Below are positions 9,349 through 18,515 of a DNA stretch of 64,000 bases, piece after piece. Under the pieces are notes generated by a model. It worked only from the letters and a program-made list of their open reading frames with translations, searched no databases and was not told where the DNA came from. The stretch comes from Candidatus Binatia bacterium. GTDB lineage: Bacteria; Desulfobacterota; Binatia; Bin18. Both the position numbers and the translations under genes were made by a program. Positions within the stretch are counted from its first letter, which is position 1. Each line of letters begins with the position of its first letter. The stretch is taken from positions 320,001 to 384,000 of the forward strand of contig OY761159.2 in assembly GCA_963664395.2 (NCBI GenBank), given 5' to 3'.

Positions 9349-9960
9349 TCAGCCTTTCACCCGCAGACCATCAAAGAGGTGTTCCAGGCTTGTACCCATT
9401 TCTTTTCGCGCAGAGGACACATCATCGGCTCGGGCAATATACATAACCGCTTCAGTTATTGCACCTAAGACAAGGTGGGCCAGCGGTTCAAGCGGCTGCG
9501 GAGCAATGAGCCCAGCTTCTAGGACTTCTTGGAGGGTGCCACGTATGAGGCCAAGCCCATATTTTTCATCCAAATCACGGTGCTCCTCCCAGCCCAGGAC
9601 GGCAGAGGCCTCAATCAACGCGATGCGTTGGACAGTCGGGTCAAGGCAGGCATCCAGATACGCGGCCGTGCCCGCGTGTACTCGCTTATCCCATAGGTCC
9701 TCCGGCTCCCCCGGCTCCCCCTGCCCAGACTGTATGGTACTCATGACTTTTTTAACAATATTCAGATTGAGGTCTTCCAAGACCGCACGAAAGAGAGCGG
9801 ATTTGTCACGGAACTGGTAGTAGAGGGCCCCGCGTGTCATCCCTGCCCGCTTGGCAATTTCTTCGGTTGTAGTGTCGGCATAACCGCGCTCCGTAAAGAG
9901 TTCACGGGCCGCCTTGAGGAGAGCCCCGTGGGTGACTTCTGATTGCTCGGCCTTCTTCAT
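9349..9960 (-). CDS. TetR/AcrR family regulator (tandem copy 2)
   Basis: AARELFTERGY..TT.EIAKRAG.TRGALYYQF HTH. Confidence 0.92.
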   Translation of the reverse strand: MKKAEQSEVTHGALLKAARELFTERGYADTTTEEIAKRAGMTRGALYYQFRDKSALFRAVLEDLNLNIVKKVMSTIQSGQGEPGEPEDLWDKRVHAGTAAYLDACLDPTVQRIALIEASAVLGWEEHRDLDEKYGLGLIRGTLQEVLEAGLIAPQPLEPLAHLVLGAITEAVMYIARADDVSSARKEMGTSLEHLFDGLRVKG

Positions 9961-9968
9961 CGGTAGCC

Positions 9969-10571
9969 TCAGTTCTTCACCCGCAGACCATCAAGAAGAC
10001 GTTCCAAACTTGCTCCCATCTCTTTTCGCGCAGTGGCCATATCATCGGCGCGGACAATATACATCGCCGCTTCAATTACGGCACTTAAAACAAGATGGGC
10101 CAGTGGTTCAACTGGCTGTGGAGCAATCAGCCCAACGTCCATAATTTCTTGAAGGGCCCCACGGATGAGACTCAGCCCATATTTCCCATCCAAAGCACGA
10201 TATTTCTCCCAACCCAGGACGGCGGGGGCCTCAATCGACGTGATGCGTTGGGCAGCCGGGTCCAGACAGGCATCCAGATATGCTCTCGTACCAGCACGGA
10301 CTATCTGATCCCAGAGGTCTCCCTGCTCTTCCCGGCTAGACTGTATGGTGCTCGCGACTTGGGTAGCAATGTTCAGATTGAGGTCTTCAAAGACTGCCTG
10401 AAAGAGACCGGACTTGTCACGGAACTGGTAGTAGAGCGCGCCGCGGGTCACCCCGGCCCGCTGGGCAATGTCTTCGGTGGCCGTGTCGGCATACCCGTGC
10501 TCGGTAAAGAGTTCACGGGCCGCCTTGAGTAACGCCGCGCGGGTGGCTTCTGACTGCTCGGCCTTCTTCAT
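9969..10571 (-). CDS. TetR/AcrR family regulator (tandem copy 1)
   Basis: Same HTH; clearly paralogous to 9349-9960 over the full length. Confidence 0.92.
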   Translation of the reverse strand: MKKAEQSEATRAALLKAARELFTEHGYADTATEDIAQRAGVTRGALYYQFRDKSGLFQAVFEDLNLNIATQVASTIQSSREEQGDLWDQIVRAGTRAYLDACLDPAAQRITSIEAPAVLGWEKYRALDGKYGLSLIRGALQEIMDVGLIAPQPVEPLAHLVLSAVIEAAMYIVRADDMATARKEMGASLERLLDGLRVKN

Positions 10572-10593
10572 CTTGACTTTTCTACAACCCGTC

Positions 10594-10614
10594 GCTATCG
10601 CTTGCAGTGATAGC
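10594..10614. promoter_or_regulatory. Candidate operator in the divergent tetR/P450 intergenic region
   Basis: Imperfect inverted repeat GCTATCGCT-tgc-AGTGATAGC. Confidence 0.35.
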
Positions 10615-10652
10615 TCTAAAAGTCATGGTACCACACCGAAGGAAACGCGGCT

Positions 10653-11906
10653 ATGCTGGCAGAATCACAATCCCCAGATACCGCAACGCCGGCTCAGCCA
10701 GAAATACCGCTAGAATTCAACCCACTTCTGCAGGAGTTTCGTCAGAACCCCTACCCCATCTATCACCAGTTTCGCGAAGCTGATCCCGTCCATTGGAGTG
10801 AGATGTTCGGGTTCTGGGTGTGCACGCGTTATGACGATATTGTCGCCATACTGCGTCATTCTCAAGCCAGCGCCAACCCGCGCGATTGGGAACGGTTTGA
10901 CGACTATGTTGAAGCACTGGGCGGGACCGGCCCTGCCGGCGATATGCAAAGCCGCTGGATGCTCTTAAAAAACCCACCCGACCATACCCGGCTACGCAAG
11001 TTAGTCACAAAAGCGTTTACACCGCGCGTGGTTGAGAATATGCGGCCTCATGTTCAAGACATCGTGCATGACTTACTTGACGCCGGACAAGCAAAAGGCA
11101 GCTTCGATATTATTCAGGACCTGGCCTTCCCGTTGCCGGTGATTGTGATTGCTGAGCTGATTGGCGTTCCAACCAAAGACCGAGAATATTTCAAAGACTG
11201 GACCACAGCGCTGGCCCGCTCGCTCGACCCTGTTATCACACCGGAGATTGTCCAGACCGCCGACAAGGCCACCGAGGATCTTATCGTCTATTTCACCACG
11301 CTCGTAGCCGAACGACGAGACTCTCCCCAGGCTGATCTCCTGAGTGGCCTCATTGCAGCCGAAGAAGAAGGCGACAAACTGGACGAAGATGAACTGTTGG
11401 CAACCGCAATTCTTTTGTTTGCGGCCGGCCATGAAACCACAATGAATTTGATTGGCAACGGCATGCTGGCCCTGTTTCGCAACCCGGACCAAATGGCCAA
11501 ACTTCAGGCCGAGCCAGCGTTGATCAAAACCGCAGTCGAAGAGTTCCTCCGCTATGACGGCTCGGTCCAAATCACCGCTCGGGTAGCACTCGAAGACATT
11601 GAGATTGGTGGCAAAACAATACGCAAGAACCAGCAAGCCCTGCTCCTGCTCGGAGCGGCCAATCGTGACCCAGCTCATTTCTCCGACCCTGACCGGCTTG
11701 ACATTACCCGCCAAGAGAATCCGCACCTCACCTTTGGCCACGGCATTCACCATTGCTTAGGAGCGCCACTCGCCCGGGTCGAAGCGCAGATTGCTATCAA
11801 CTCGATTCTGCACAGGATGCCGGATATACACCTTTCAACCGATCAGCTTGAATGGCGTGATATGTTGACACTGCGTGGCTTACAGGCTCTGCCGGTAACG
11901 TTTTAG
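10653..11906 (+). CDS. Cytochrome P450
   Basis: PPDHTRLR, AAGHETT (I-helix), EEFLR (ExxR) and FGHGIHHCLG heme motif. Confidence 0.95.
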   Translation: MLAESQSPDTATPAQPEIPLEFNPLLQEFRQNPYPIYHQFREADPVHWSEMFGFWVCTRYDDIVAILRHSQASANPRDWERFDDYVEALGGTGPAGDMQSRWMLLKNPPDHTRLRKLVTKAFTPRVVENMRPHVQDIVHDLLDAGQAKGSFDIIQDLAFPLPVIVIAELIGVPTKDREYFKDWTTALARSLDPVITPEIVQTADKATEDLIVYFTTLVAERRDSPQADLLSGLIAAEEEGDKLDEDELLATAILLFAAGHETTMNLIGNGMLALFRNPDQMAKLQAEPALIKTAVEEFLRYDGSVQITARVALEDIEIGGKTIRKNQQALLLLGAANRDPAHFSDPDRLDITRQENPHLTFGHGIHHCLGAPLARVEAQIAINSILHRMPDIHLSTDQLEWRDMLTLRGLQALPVTF

Positions 11907-11987
11907 TCGTCCGGGCCATGGACAGTAGTAATCGGCCCGTAAACGTGCGATATGTCCGTTACTCTCAAATTTACAGGAGGGATTGTT

Positions 11988-12383
11988 ATGGGTGCAGCTG
12001 AAAACAAACAATTGGTTCACGATACATTCGCCGCTCTGAATGCCGGTGATTCGGAAAAGTTTTTCAGCCATTTGTCAGCTGATATTCGCTGGACCATTAT
12101 CGGCACCACAAAATACTCGCACACCTATACCGGCAAAGCGGATATCGTTGAGCGCCTCTTTACCCCGCTGACGGCGCAACTCGACGGCTTCATCACCAAC
12201 ACCATTCTGAATACGATTGCCGAAGGAGACTCTGTCGTCTTGCAAACCCAAGGCAAGTCACAAACAAAAACGGGCAAGGCGTATAACAATACGTACTGTT
12301 TAATCATCCAGCTTCAGGACAGTAAAATTCAGCAGATTACGGAATATCTGGATACGGAGTTGGTGACGACCGCGTTTGAATAG
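11988..12383 (+). CDS. NTF2/SnoaL-like family protein
   Basis: AENKQLV, WTIIG, IAEGDSVV, YNNTYC and EYLDT pattern. AGGAGG RBS before the ATG at 11988. Confidence 0.85.
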   Translation: MGAAENKQLVHDTFAALNAGDSEKFFSHLSADIRWTIIGTTKYSHTYTGKADIVERLFTPLTAQLDGFITNTILNTIAEGDSVVLQTQGKSQTKTGKAYNNTYCLIIQLQDSKIQQITEYLDTELVTTAFE

Positions 12384-12485
12384 AGTGCCGAGGAGCGACC
12401 GGCTCCCGCGCTCCTAGTGCTCAGTCACTACGCTCATGCTTGTCAACGCTGGGTTGCCCATCCCGGCTCCTCTTTCAAACCTGTC

Positions 12486-13550
12486 CTACAGCTTCTCCAT
12501 GACTTTCCGCGTAAAGTCCTCAATCGCCCGATACTGCGTCGCCAGAGAGGGGAGAAGCATGATTTGATCCAAGCCGGTTGCTTCAAGTCGTTTGATTTGT
12601 TCAATGACTTCCTCTGGTGTACCGGCAAGACAGGTCGATTTGATGAGCTCGGGCGTAATGAATTTCTCCTCTTCAGGCAGATGGTAGACGCAGTGGCCGG
12701 CGTGAATGCGCAGATGCCGGTGCGAAGGCGGCGTGCGCTCAACCAGCGCGCTGTATTCGTCCCAAATATTGGCGAAGTGCCGAGGCGGCTGTCCACCAAA
12801 CTGGCGCACCTTATCGTACAGGTAGTGAAGCGACGCAATGGCAAACGGGCCGCATTCACGCAGAATACGCTCTGAGTTGAGCGATTCGCCCGGTTCTAAT
12901 AAGGCAACCGCGCTGAGGGCGCACGTATAATAATGGTCTCCATCCCGTCCGCCCCGTTCGGCGCCAGCCTTGGCATTGAGCAGCGCTCGGCGCATGAATT
13001 CCGGGTCTGGTGGGATGGAGACAACCAACCCATCGCCATACTCACCCGCCAATGCCTGAGCCTTTGGGCCAAAGCCGGAGACATACAGGGGAATGTGGTG
13101 TTCGACATCGATGAACTTGTACTCCTGCATCTGGAATTGGACCGGCGTGGTTTGACCTTGCCAGGTCATCGTCACTTCTTCCCCATGCAAGAGCGCCCGC
13201 AGCACTCGTAGATACTCGCCGAACTCTCGCAGCTTCATGGGCTTGTGGCCCATAATTCGCATGGCGGTGTTGCCGGTGCCTATCCCAAGAAAGGTGCGAC
13301 CTGGGGCTAAGCGGTTAATCGTGGCAATGCTATGCGCCGTCACCGGAGCAATGCGCGTCCCCGCAACAGAAACGCCGGTACCAATGTTAATAGTGCGTGT
13401 TTGCTGGGCAGCCAGGGCAAGCACGGCGTAGCAGTCTGACCAAATCATTTGGCTGTCGGCGACCCAAGCGTGGGAGTAGCCTAGATTTTCAGCATGGGTG
13501 ATGTAACCCACATCATCAATTTTTGAGACAACACAAATGCCAAAATCCAT
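12486..13550 (-). CDS. LLM-class flavin-dependent oxidoreductase
   Basis: AENLGYSHAWVADS, TINIGTGV, APGRTFLGIGTG and GTPEEVIEQI motifs. Confidence 0.9.
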   Translation of the reverse strand: MDFGICVVSKIDDVGYITHAENLGYSHAWVADSQMIWSDCYAVLALAAQQTRTINIGTGVSVAGTRIAPVTAHSIATINRLAPGRTFLGIGTGNTAMRIMGHKPMKLREFGEYLRVLRALLHGEEVTMTWQGQTTPVQFQMQEYKFIDVEHHIPLYVSGFGPKAQALAGEYGDGLVVSIPPDPEFMRRALLNAKAGAERGGRDGDHYYTCALSAVALLEPGESLNSERILRECGPFAIASLHYLYDKVRQFGGQPPRHFANIWDEYSALVERTPPSHRHLRIHAGHCVYHLPEEEKFITPELIKSTCLAGTPEEVIEQIKRLEATGLDQIMLLPSLATQYRAIEDFTRKVMEKL

Positions 13551-13571
13551 CCGACTCCCCTTTTGCTTTGC

Positions 13572-14519
13572 TTATGCACTCTTCCTGGACGCGAGCAGGT
13601 CGGTTACGTGGGTGCCTAACCAGCCTTCTTCTCGCTTCTTCCAGTAGCGCTCACGGAGCTGCCTACTCAGCGGACCGGGTTTGCCACCACCTAATACAGC
13701 CTCACCAACCTGGGTGACGGGCATAATGCCCCCTGCCGTTGAGCTGATAAAGGCTTCATCCGCGCTGATGAGAACCTCTTCGAGATAGTCGCCAGTCGCC
13801 ACGGCCATACCCATTTCCTGCGCCAGATCAAAAACAGTGCGGCGGGTGATACCTTCCAGCACGTTTGTCCGTGGCGTACAGAGCGTACCATCTTTTATCC
13901 AGAACAGATTAAACCCCGGCCCTTCACTCAAAAATCCGGATATGCCACACAGGACAGCAACATCTGCTCCTGCATCAATGGCCTGGAGTTGGCCTTGGTT
14001 GAGATCGCCCCAATGGAAATTTTTGTAGCGTGCATCTACGCTCGCATCAGGAATGCGTGCTGTGGGCGCGACAAAAAGGTGCAGCCCGTGCTCCTGCTTC
14101 TCAGGCGTGGCAATCCACACATAAGGGACCGCATAGGCAATAAACGTCGGCGTCGTGTGGCGCAGGTCCCGGCTGCCTTGAACCGTAAAGCGCCCGCGCG
14201 TTGTCAGCACTTCAACATACGCGTTTTCGAGAGCGGCTCGGTGCACGCACTCAGCCAGAATTTCTTTGATTGTCTCTTTTCTATAGGGACAGCTCAGGCG
14301 CATGCCGGAACACGAGCGTAGAAAACGGTCAAGGTGGTCATCTAGCCTGAAGAAATAGCCACGCCAAGTTGAGACGACATCATACACCACATCGCTTCGA
14401 CTAAAGCCAAGGTCAAACACCGAAATTTTGGCCTTATCACCACTCACGTACTGTCCTTCAATAAAAGCGACTCCAGAAAGTCCATTGGAGCTATTTGGTT
14501 CGCTTGAAGCGTTAGGCAT
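13572..14519 (-). CDS. PLP fold-IV aminotransferase, (R)-amine transaminase-like
   Basis: GFSRSDVVYDVVS, FFRLDDHLDR, AYVE, KNFHWGDL, EGPGFN, LEGITR and ADEAF..STAGG motifs. Confidence 0.88.
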   Translation of the reverse strand: MPNASSEPNSSNGLSGVAFIEGQYVSGDKAKISVFDLGFSRSDVVYDVVSTWRGYFFRLDDHLDRFLRSCSGMRLSCPYRKETIKEILAECVHRAALENAYVEVLTTRGRFTVQGSRDLRHTTPTFIAYAVPYVWIATPEKQEHGLHLFVAPTARIPDASVDARYKNFHWGDLNQGQLQAIDAGADVAVLCGISGFLSEGPGFNLFWIKDGTLCTPRTNVLEGITRRTVFDLAQEMGMAVATGDYLEEVLISADEAFISSTAGGIMPVTQVGEAVLGGGKPGPLSRQLRERYWKKREEGWLGTHVTDLLASRKSA

Positions 14520-14708
14520 GGCCCTTCTCCTTCATGATTACGGTCAATGACTCACAGTTCGTTCCTCATATCGAGTTCAACCAGTACCGAGAAGCGTAGG
14601 GGCGGCCGAGCCACTGGCCACACCGGACTGCTGGAAGGAGCCAACCGAGGAGTTAAGAGGAGTTCATTCAAGCGCTCTGGTCCGATAGAAAGACAGCGAC
14701 CTGGCAGA

Positions 14709-15449
14709 TTATTCCTCTCCTGTTGCTTCCTTGAGGGCCTTCCGGGCCGTTCGTGTCACAATAGTCGTCACCACGATAGTGGCGACCAGACCCAGGAGTA
14801 AGACCACGTAGTCAGCAACCCCTCGTTCCGGCGCGGCCCCTCCAGCCAAAGCTGCCACATCTCCGGCCAGCTTGCCGTAATAGACATACAGAACCGTCCC
14901 CGGCAGCATCCCAAATGCGGCGAGGGCATAGTCCACAAAGCGCACATTGGTCAGACCCAAAGCGTAGTTCAGAAGGTTAAACGGGAAAACCGGAGACAGC
15001 CGCAACAAAAAAACGATTTTTCGGCCCTGAGCACTCACCGCCCGATCAATAGCAGCAAATCGGGGGTTATCGGCCAGCTTCCGTTCGATAGCCTTCCGGG
15101 CAAGATGACGCGAAACAAGAAACGCGAGGCACGAGCCCAGGGTAGCGGCAATAAAGACGTACAGAATACCGTTCAGGAGTCCAAAGATGGCACCCGCGGC
15201 AAGGGTAAGGACAGAGCCAGGGATAAAAGCTACGGCCGCAATGGCATAGCCGGCAATGAAGACAATCGGCCCCCACACCCCAAGTGTCTCCACCCAGGCG
15301 GCAAATGGCGGAACATACGCACCAGCCTGACGGCCTAAAAAGATGAGCAGGACGACACCAACAATAATAAGCGCAATTTTGCCCAAAGGGCGTCTTTTTC
15401 TCGCTGCTTGAGCAGTGGCAGCTCCTCCGTCCATTTGTACTTTTTCCAT
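14709..15449 (-). CDS. TVP38/TMEM64 (DedA/VTT) family membrane protein
   Basis: FIPGSVLTLAAGAIFG and LLRLSPVFPFNLLNYALG motifs. RBS favours the ATG at 15449. Confidence 0.9.
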   Translation of the reverse strand: MEKVQMDGGAATAQAARKRRPLGKIALIIVGVVLLIFLGRQAGAYVPPFAAWVETLGVWGPIVFIAGYAIAAVAFIPGSVLTLAAGAIFGLLNGILYVFIAATLGSCLAFLVSRHLARKAIERKLADNPRFAAIDRAVSAQGRKIVFLLRLSPVFPFNLLNYALGLTNVRFVDYALAAFGMLPGTVLYVYYGKLAGDVAALAGGAAPERGVADYVVLLLGLVATIVVTTIVTRTARKALKEATGEE

Positions 15450-15504
15450 GCGCAGGCTCCCTTCCGAGAGTATCAACCGCCGGGCTTCACCCAGGCGTTT
15501 CGAA

Positions 15505-16362
15505 CTATAACGCAGGCTGCCCAGACTGGGCAGCCTGCACAAACTTGGCAAGGCCGGCTTGCCAGGGAGGGAGTTGTATACATGGCTCTTGGAGCGTTGT
15601 CAGGACAGCATAAGGAGGGCACTTTGCCAGGCGAGGCATCTCTGTACTTGGAATGGGTTTCACCTGAGAACGAACGCCGAGTCGGGCATATAAAGTCCGG
15701 ATTAAGTCAAAGCGGCTTATGCCACCCCGACCGGCCATGTGGTACGTCCCAAAGGCTTCAGTCGTAACAAGCTGCGTTAAGGCTGTGGCTAAATGAGGTG
15801 CATATGTCGGGGAACCCAATTGATCGTTCACAACCCGGACTTCAGGTTGCTGTGAGAGTGCCCACATGGTTTTTATAAAATTGTTTCCGTGGGTGTGATA
15901 GAGCCAGGACGTGCGAACAATATAGTGTTTTGCATTTAAGCTCCGAACCACATCTTCTCCCGCAAGCTTGCTTCGTCCATAGACAGACTGTGGGTTCGGC
16001 ACATCAAATTCGTGATACGGCCTGTGACTCAGTCCATCGAAAACATAATCGGTGGAAATATGCAGGAGTGGAATACCACGTGTTGCGGTCACCAGGGCAA
16101 GGTTGCGCGGACCGAGGGTGTTTCCTCGATACGCAGCGTCAGGGTCTCGCTCCGCTTGGTCCACGGCATTATACGCGGCGGCGTTGAGTACCAGGTCGGG
16201 GGTATGCGTTGCGACCGCCTCACGGACCGCCTCAAGTTGCGTGATATCGAGCCGCCGCCGGTCATAAGCGACAGTCTCGTGGGCGACAGTCTCGGGACTG
16301 CTGAAGATTCCCTGAATGGCGTGGCCCAGCTGACCACCTGCACCAGTGAGAAGGATGCGCAT
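15505..16362 (-). CDS. rfbD: dTDP-4-dehydrorhamnose reductase
   Basis: MRILLTGAGGQLG, NAAAY, HISTDYVFDG, YGRSK and DQLGSPT motifs. Confidence 0.9.
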   Translation of the reverse strand: MRILLTGAGGQLGHAIQGIFSSPETVAHETVAYDRRRLDITQLEAVREAVATHTPDLVLNAAAYNAVDQAERDPDAAYRGNTLGPRNLALVTATRGIPLLHISTDYVFDGLSHRPYHEFDVPNPQSVYGRSKLAGEDVVRSLNAKHYIVRTSWLYHTHGNNFIKTMWALSQQPEVRVVNDQLGSPTYAPHLATALTQLVTTEAFGTYHMAGRGGISRFDLIRTLYARLGVRSQVKPIPSTEMPRLAKCPPYAVLTTLQEPCIQLPPWQAGLAKFVQAAQSGQPAL

Positions 16363-16484
16363 ACCGTCCTCTTTCACCTCGCTCACGCGTTGTACACATG
16401 TCCGCTCCACTTGACCACCCCTCGCATACACACGAGAAAAACGACCGGAAGCGAGTCAGAAGTCAATATTGCCATCATACTAAC

Positions 16485-16512
16485 AAAAAAGGGCGTGTCC
16501 TGTGGCACGCCC
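16485..16512 (-). terminator. Rho-independent terminator after the LLM pseudogene
   Basis: Minus strand GGGCGTGCC-acag-GACACGCCC followed by TTTTTT. Confidence 0.7.
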
Positions 16513-16544
16513 GACAAAAAAGAAGCTACTTCCGAAAAGTGGGT

Positions 16545-17087
16545 TTAGTCTTTGAATTCCGGCAGGATTTTGGTCCCAAAGATTTCGAGCTGACGCTTGG
16601 TCTCTTCCCACGGCATCATCCCTTGATCAAAGAACTAGCAAAACCACTCAATATTGGTATTCTTCCGGAGTGCTTCCATTTCACGTTTGACATCATCGAC
16701 TGTCCCAACCAGAGAATACTTCGCCTCGACCATACGCTCAAACTTCCAAGGGACAGGTGTGGTTTCGCCAGGGTAGCGGTAGGCTTCAAAGAATCCGAAC
16801 CCGGCGAAGTATTGTATGAATCCGGCCCCCTGCGTTTCTGCTCCCAGAGAATAGCCTTCGGTATACAGCAGCAGCGGCGCAATGGACGCCTCATAGCCCT
16901 CGGAATGAAAATGGTGCTCGGTGGTTGACATGGCATCAAAGCCCAGCTCTTCAGCCAGTTGGGCAATCTCGCGCAATTCCGTGAGCATTGCTTGATATTT
17001 GTCGTTGTTGCGTCCGATGGGTCGGAGTTTCTCGCGCTCCTCGAACGTCGCAGGAATTGTCGGTAAGACAAAGAGATTGAATTTCAT
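16545..17087 (-). pseudogene. LLM-class oxidoreductase pseudogene (large internal deletion plus in-frame TAG)
   Basis: The N-terminus (AEELGFD..TEHHF) is joined directly to the C-terminus (VGTVDDVKRE). TAG at 16635-16637 is followed in frame by FFDQGMMPWEETKRQLEIFGTKILPEFKD*. About 180 codons versus 340-370 for intact LLMs here. Confidence 0.85.
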
Positions 17088-17160
17088 GAGGCTCCCTCCT
17101 GACCTCAAAGGATTACCGCGGATTGGCGTTGCAGTCCGGCTCCGACGTGCTCTCCCGGCT

Positions 17161-18003
17161 CTAGCTCGCTTGGAGAATCTTGGCCAGCACCGGCATCAGA
17201 TATTTCTTGAACGTGACCGGATTCTCACACATGGGGAAATGGCCGATTTCTTCCATAATGATACATTCGGAGTTCTTGACCTTTTTGGCCGTTTTTTCCG
17301 TCATCTCTGGCGTACAGGCAAAGTCATACACGCCCGTCATGAAGTAGATGGGGATATCGCCGGACAGTTGTTCCGCCATTTCACGGAAATCATGATCAAT
17401 GCTGTAGAAGTGTAAGTCGCCCTTAAAGATTCCCGGACCACTTTGTGAATAATACCACCAGGTCTCTCGGCGATACTCTTCCGGGCTCTGCGGCGCCATC
17501 AGGCCATATATCGAGGTCGCGCACACTTCGCCGCCGTGCACATGCGGATTCCAGAGCCAGTCCAGCCACCAGCCCGGCGAGTAGTCACAGGCTTCAATAG
17601 CAATCAGGGCGCGGAGGTCAGCCGAGAAGTTGCGCGCGAGGTGCAGGCAGATATTCCCGCCCATCGAGCTACCCATGATGACAGGATTGTCGAGTTCGAG
17701 CTCTTTACAGAAGGACATCAGGAATTCCGAGTAAAACTGAGCCGTCAGTTTATACTCCTCTTTCCACCAGCCTGGGGGCGGAATTGATTTTCCGTGTCGA
17801 GGCAGGTCCAGCGCAATGACCCGAAAGTCGCTGTTGATATCAGCATCACACAATTGGTGACGCCACTCGCGCGTATCCGTTCCCGCCGTGTGGAGACACA
17901 CCAGGGGCACCCCCTGTCCGGCTTCCTCATAAAACACACGATATTCTTCTCCCTCGTAAGGGACCCGCACATAGCGCCCGGTAATTGGTTCAATATTCGC
18001 CAT
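17161..18003 (-). CDS. Alpha/beta hydrolase
   Basis: LHTAG, DLPRHGKS, GSSMGG nucleophile elbow and GHFPM motifs. Confidence 0.9.
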   Translation of the reverse strand: MANIEPITGRYVRVPYEGEEYRVFYEEAGQGVPLVCLHTAGTDTREWRHQLCDADINSDFRVIALDLPRHGKSIPPPGWWKEEYKLTAQFYSEFLMSFCKELELDNPVIMGSSMGGNICLHLARNFSADLRALIAIEACDYSPGWWLDWLWNPHVHGGEVCATSIYGLMAPQSPEEYRRETWWYYSQSGPGIFKGDLHFYSIDHDFREMAEQLSGDIPIYFMTGVYDFACTPEMTEKTAKKVKNSECIIMEEIGHFPMCENPVTFKKYLMPVLAKILQAS

Positions 18004-18023
18004 GATCTCGTCCTCCCTACTCT

Positions 18024-18413
18024 TTACTCTTCCACCTTACGCATGAGGTCAAGGGTCCAGGTAAATGCCCGGAGGTTCTGCCACATGACTTTGACATCGC
18101 CCTCGATTTGCAAGCGGCCGTGGAGCGGATGGGCCATCGCCCAGATGTCATTATACATAGGCGGGGGGATGGGCTGGACAAATTTCGCCCAGGTTTCCGC
18201 GGGGCCGCGCAAGGCAAACGCGTAGGTCGATTCGGGTCCTATATCGTGTGAGACTGTCGGTATCGTCCCGTTCAGAAACGACACGACATAGGCAGTATCA
18301 CCGAAGGCGAGCAAGACATCCGTGGTCAAATGTCTGCCGATGATCTTTGTCACACTGTCTTGATTGACCAGGTCTTGCCAGCGTCCCATCCAGCCAGTAT
18401 CGAACACAGCCAT
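18024..18413 (-). CDS. Hypothetical protein, possible SCP2-like fold
   Basis: GGAGG RBS; operonic with the hydrolase. GRLQIEGD resembles the SCP2 C-terminal motif. Confidence 0.65.
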   Translation of the reverse strand: MAVFDTGWMGRWQDLVNQDSVTKIIGRHLTTDVLLAFGDTAYVVSFLNGTIPTVSHDIGPESTYAFALRGPAETWAKFVQPIPPPMYNDIWAMAHPLHGRLQIEGDVKVMWQNLRAFTWTLDLMRKVEE

Positions 18414-18515
18414 ATGTTTCCTCCTTCATGGATTCTGATGAAGCAGTGCAGGACGGCTTCTTATCAAGCACCCGGCCAAGCGTAAAGGGCGGAAAGCCGC
18501 TACACACTACAACTT

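Noticed and set aside
10653-14519. Secondary-metabolite biosynthetic cluster around the P450
   Set aside because: No scaffold enzyme (PKS, NRPS, terpene synthase, RiPP precursor); the mix of genes looks catabolic.
15505-16362. Polysaccharide (rml) biosynthesis cluster
   Set aside because: Only rfbD is present; no rmlA/B/C or glycosyltransferases nearby.
16635-16637. In-frame TAG as pyrrolysine or read-through
   Set aside because: The gene also has a large internal deletion, and the context fits a TGG-to-TAG nonsense change; no pyl genes are in the window.
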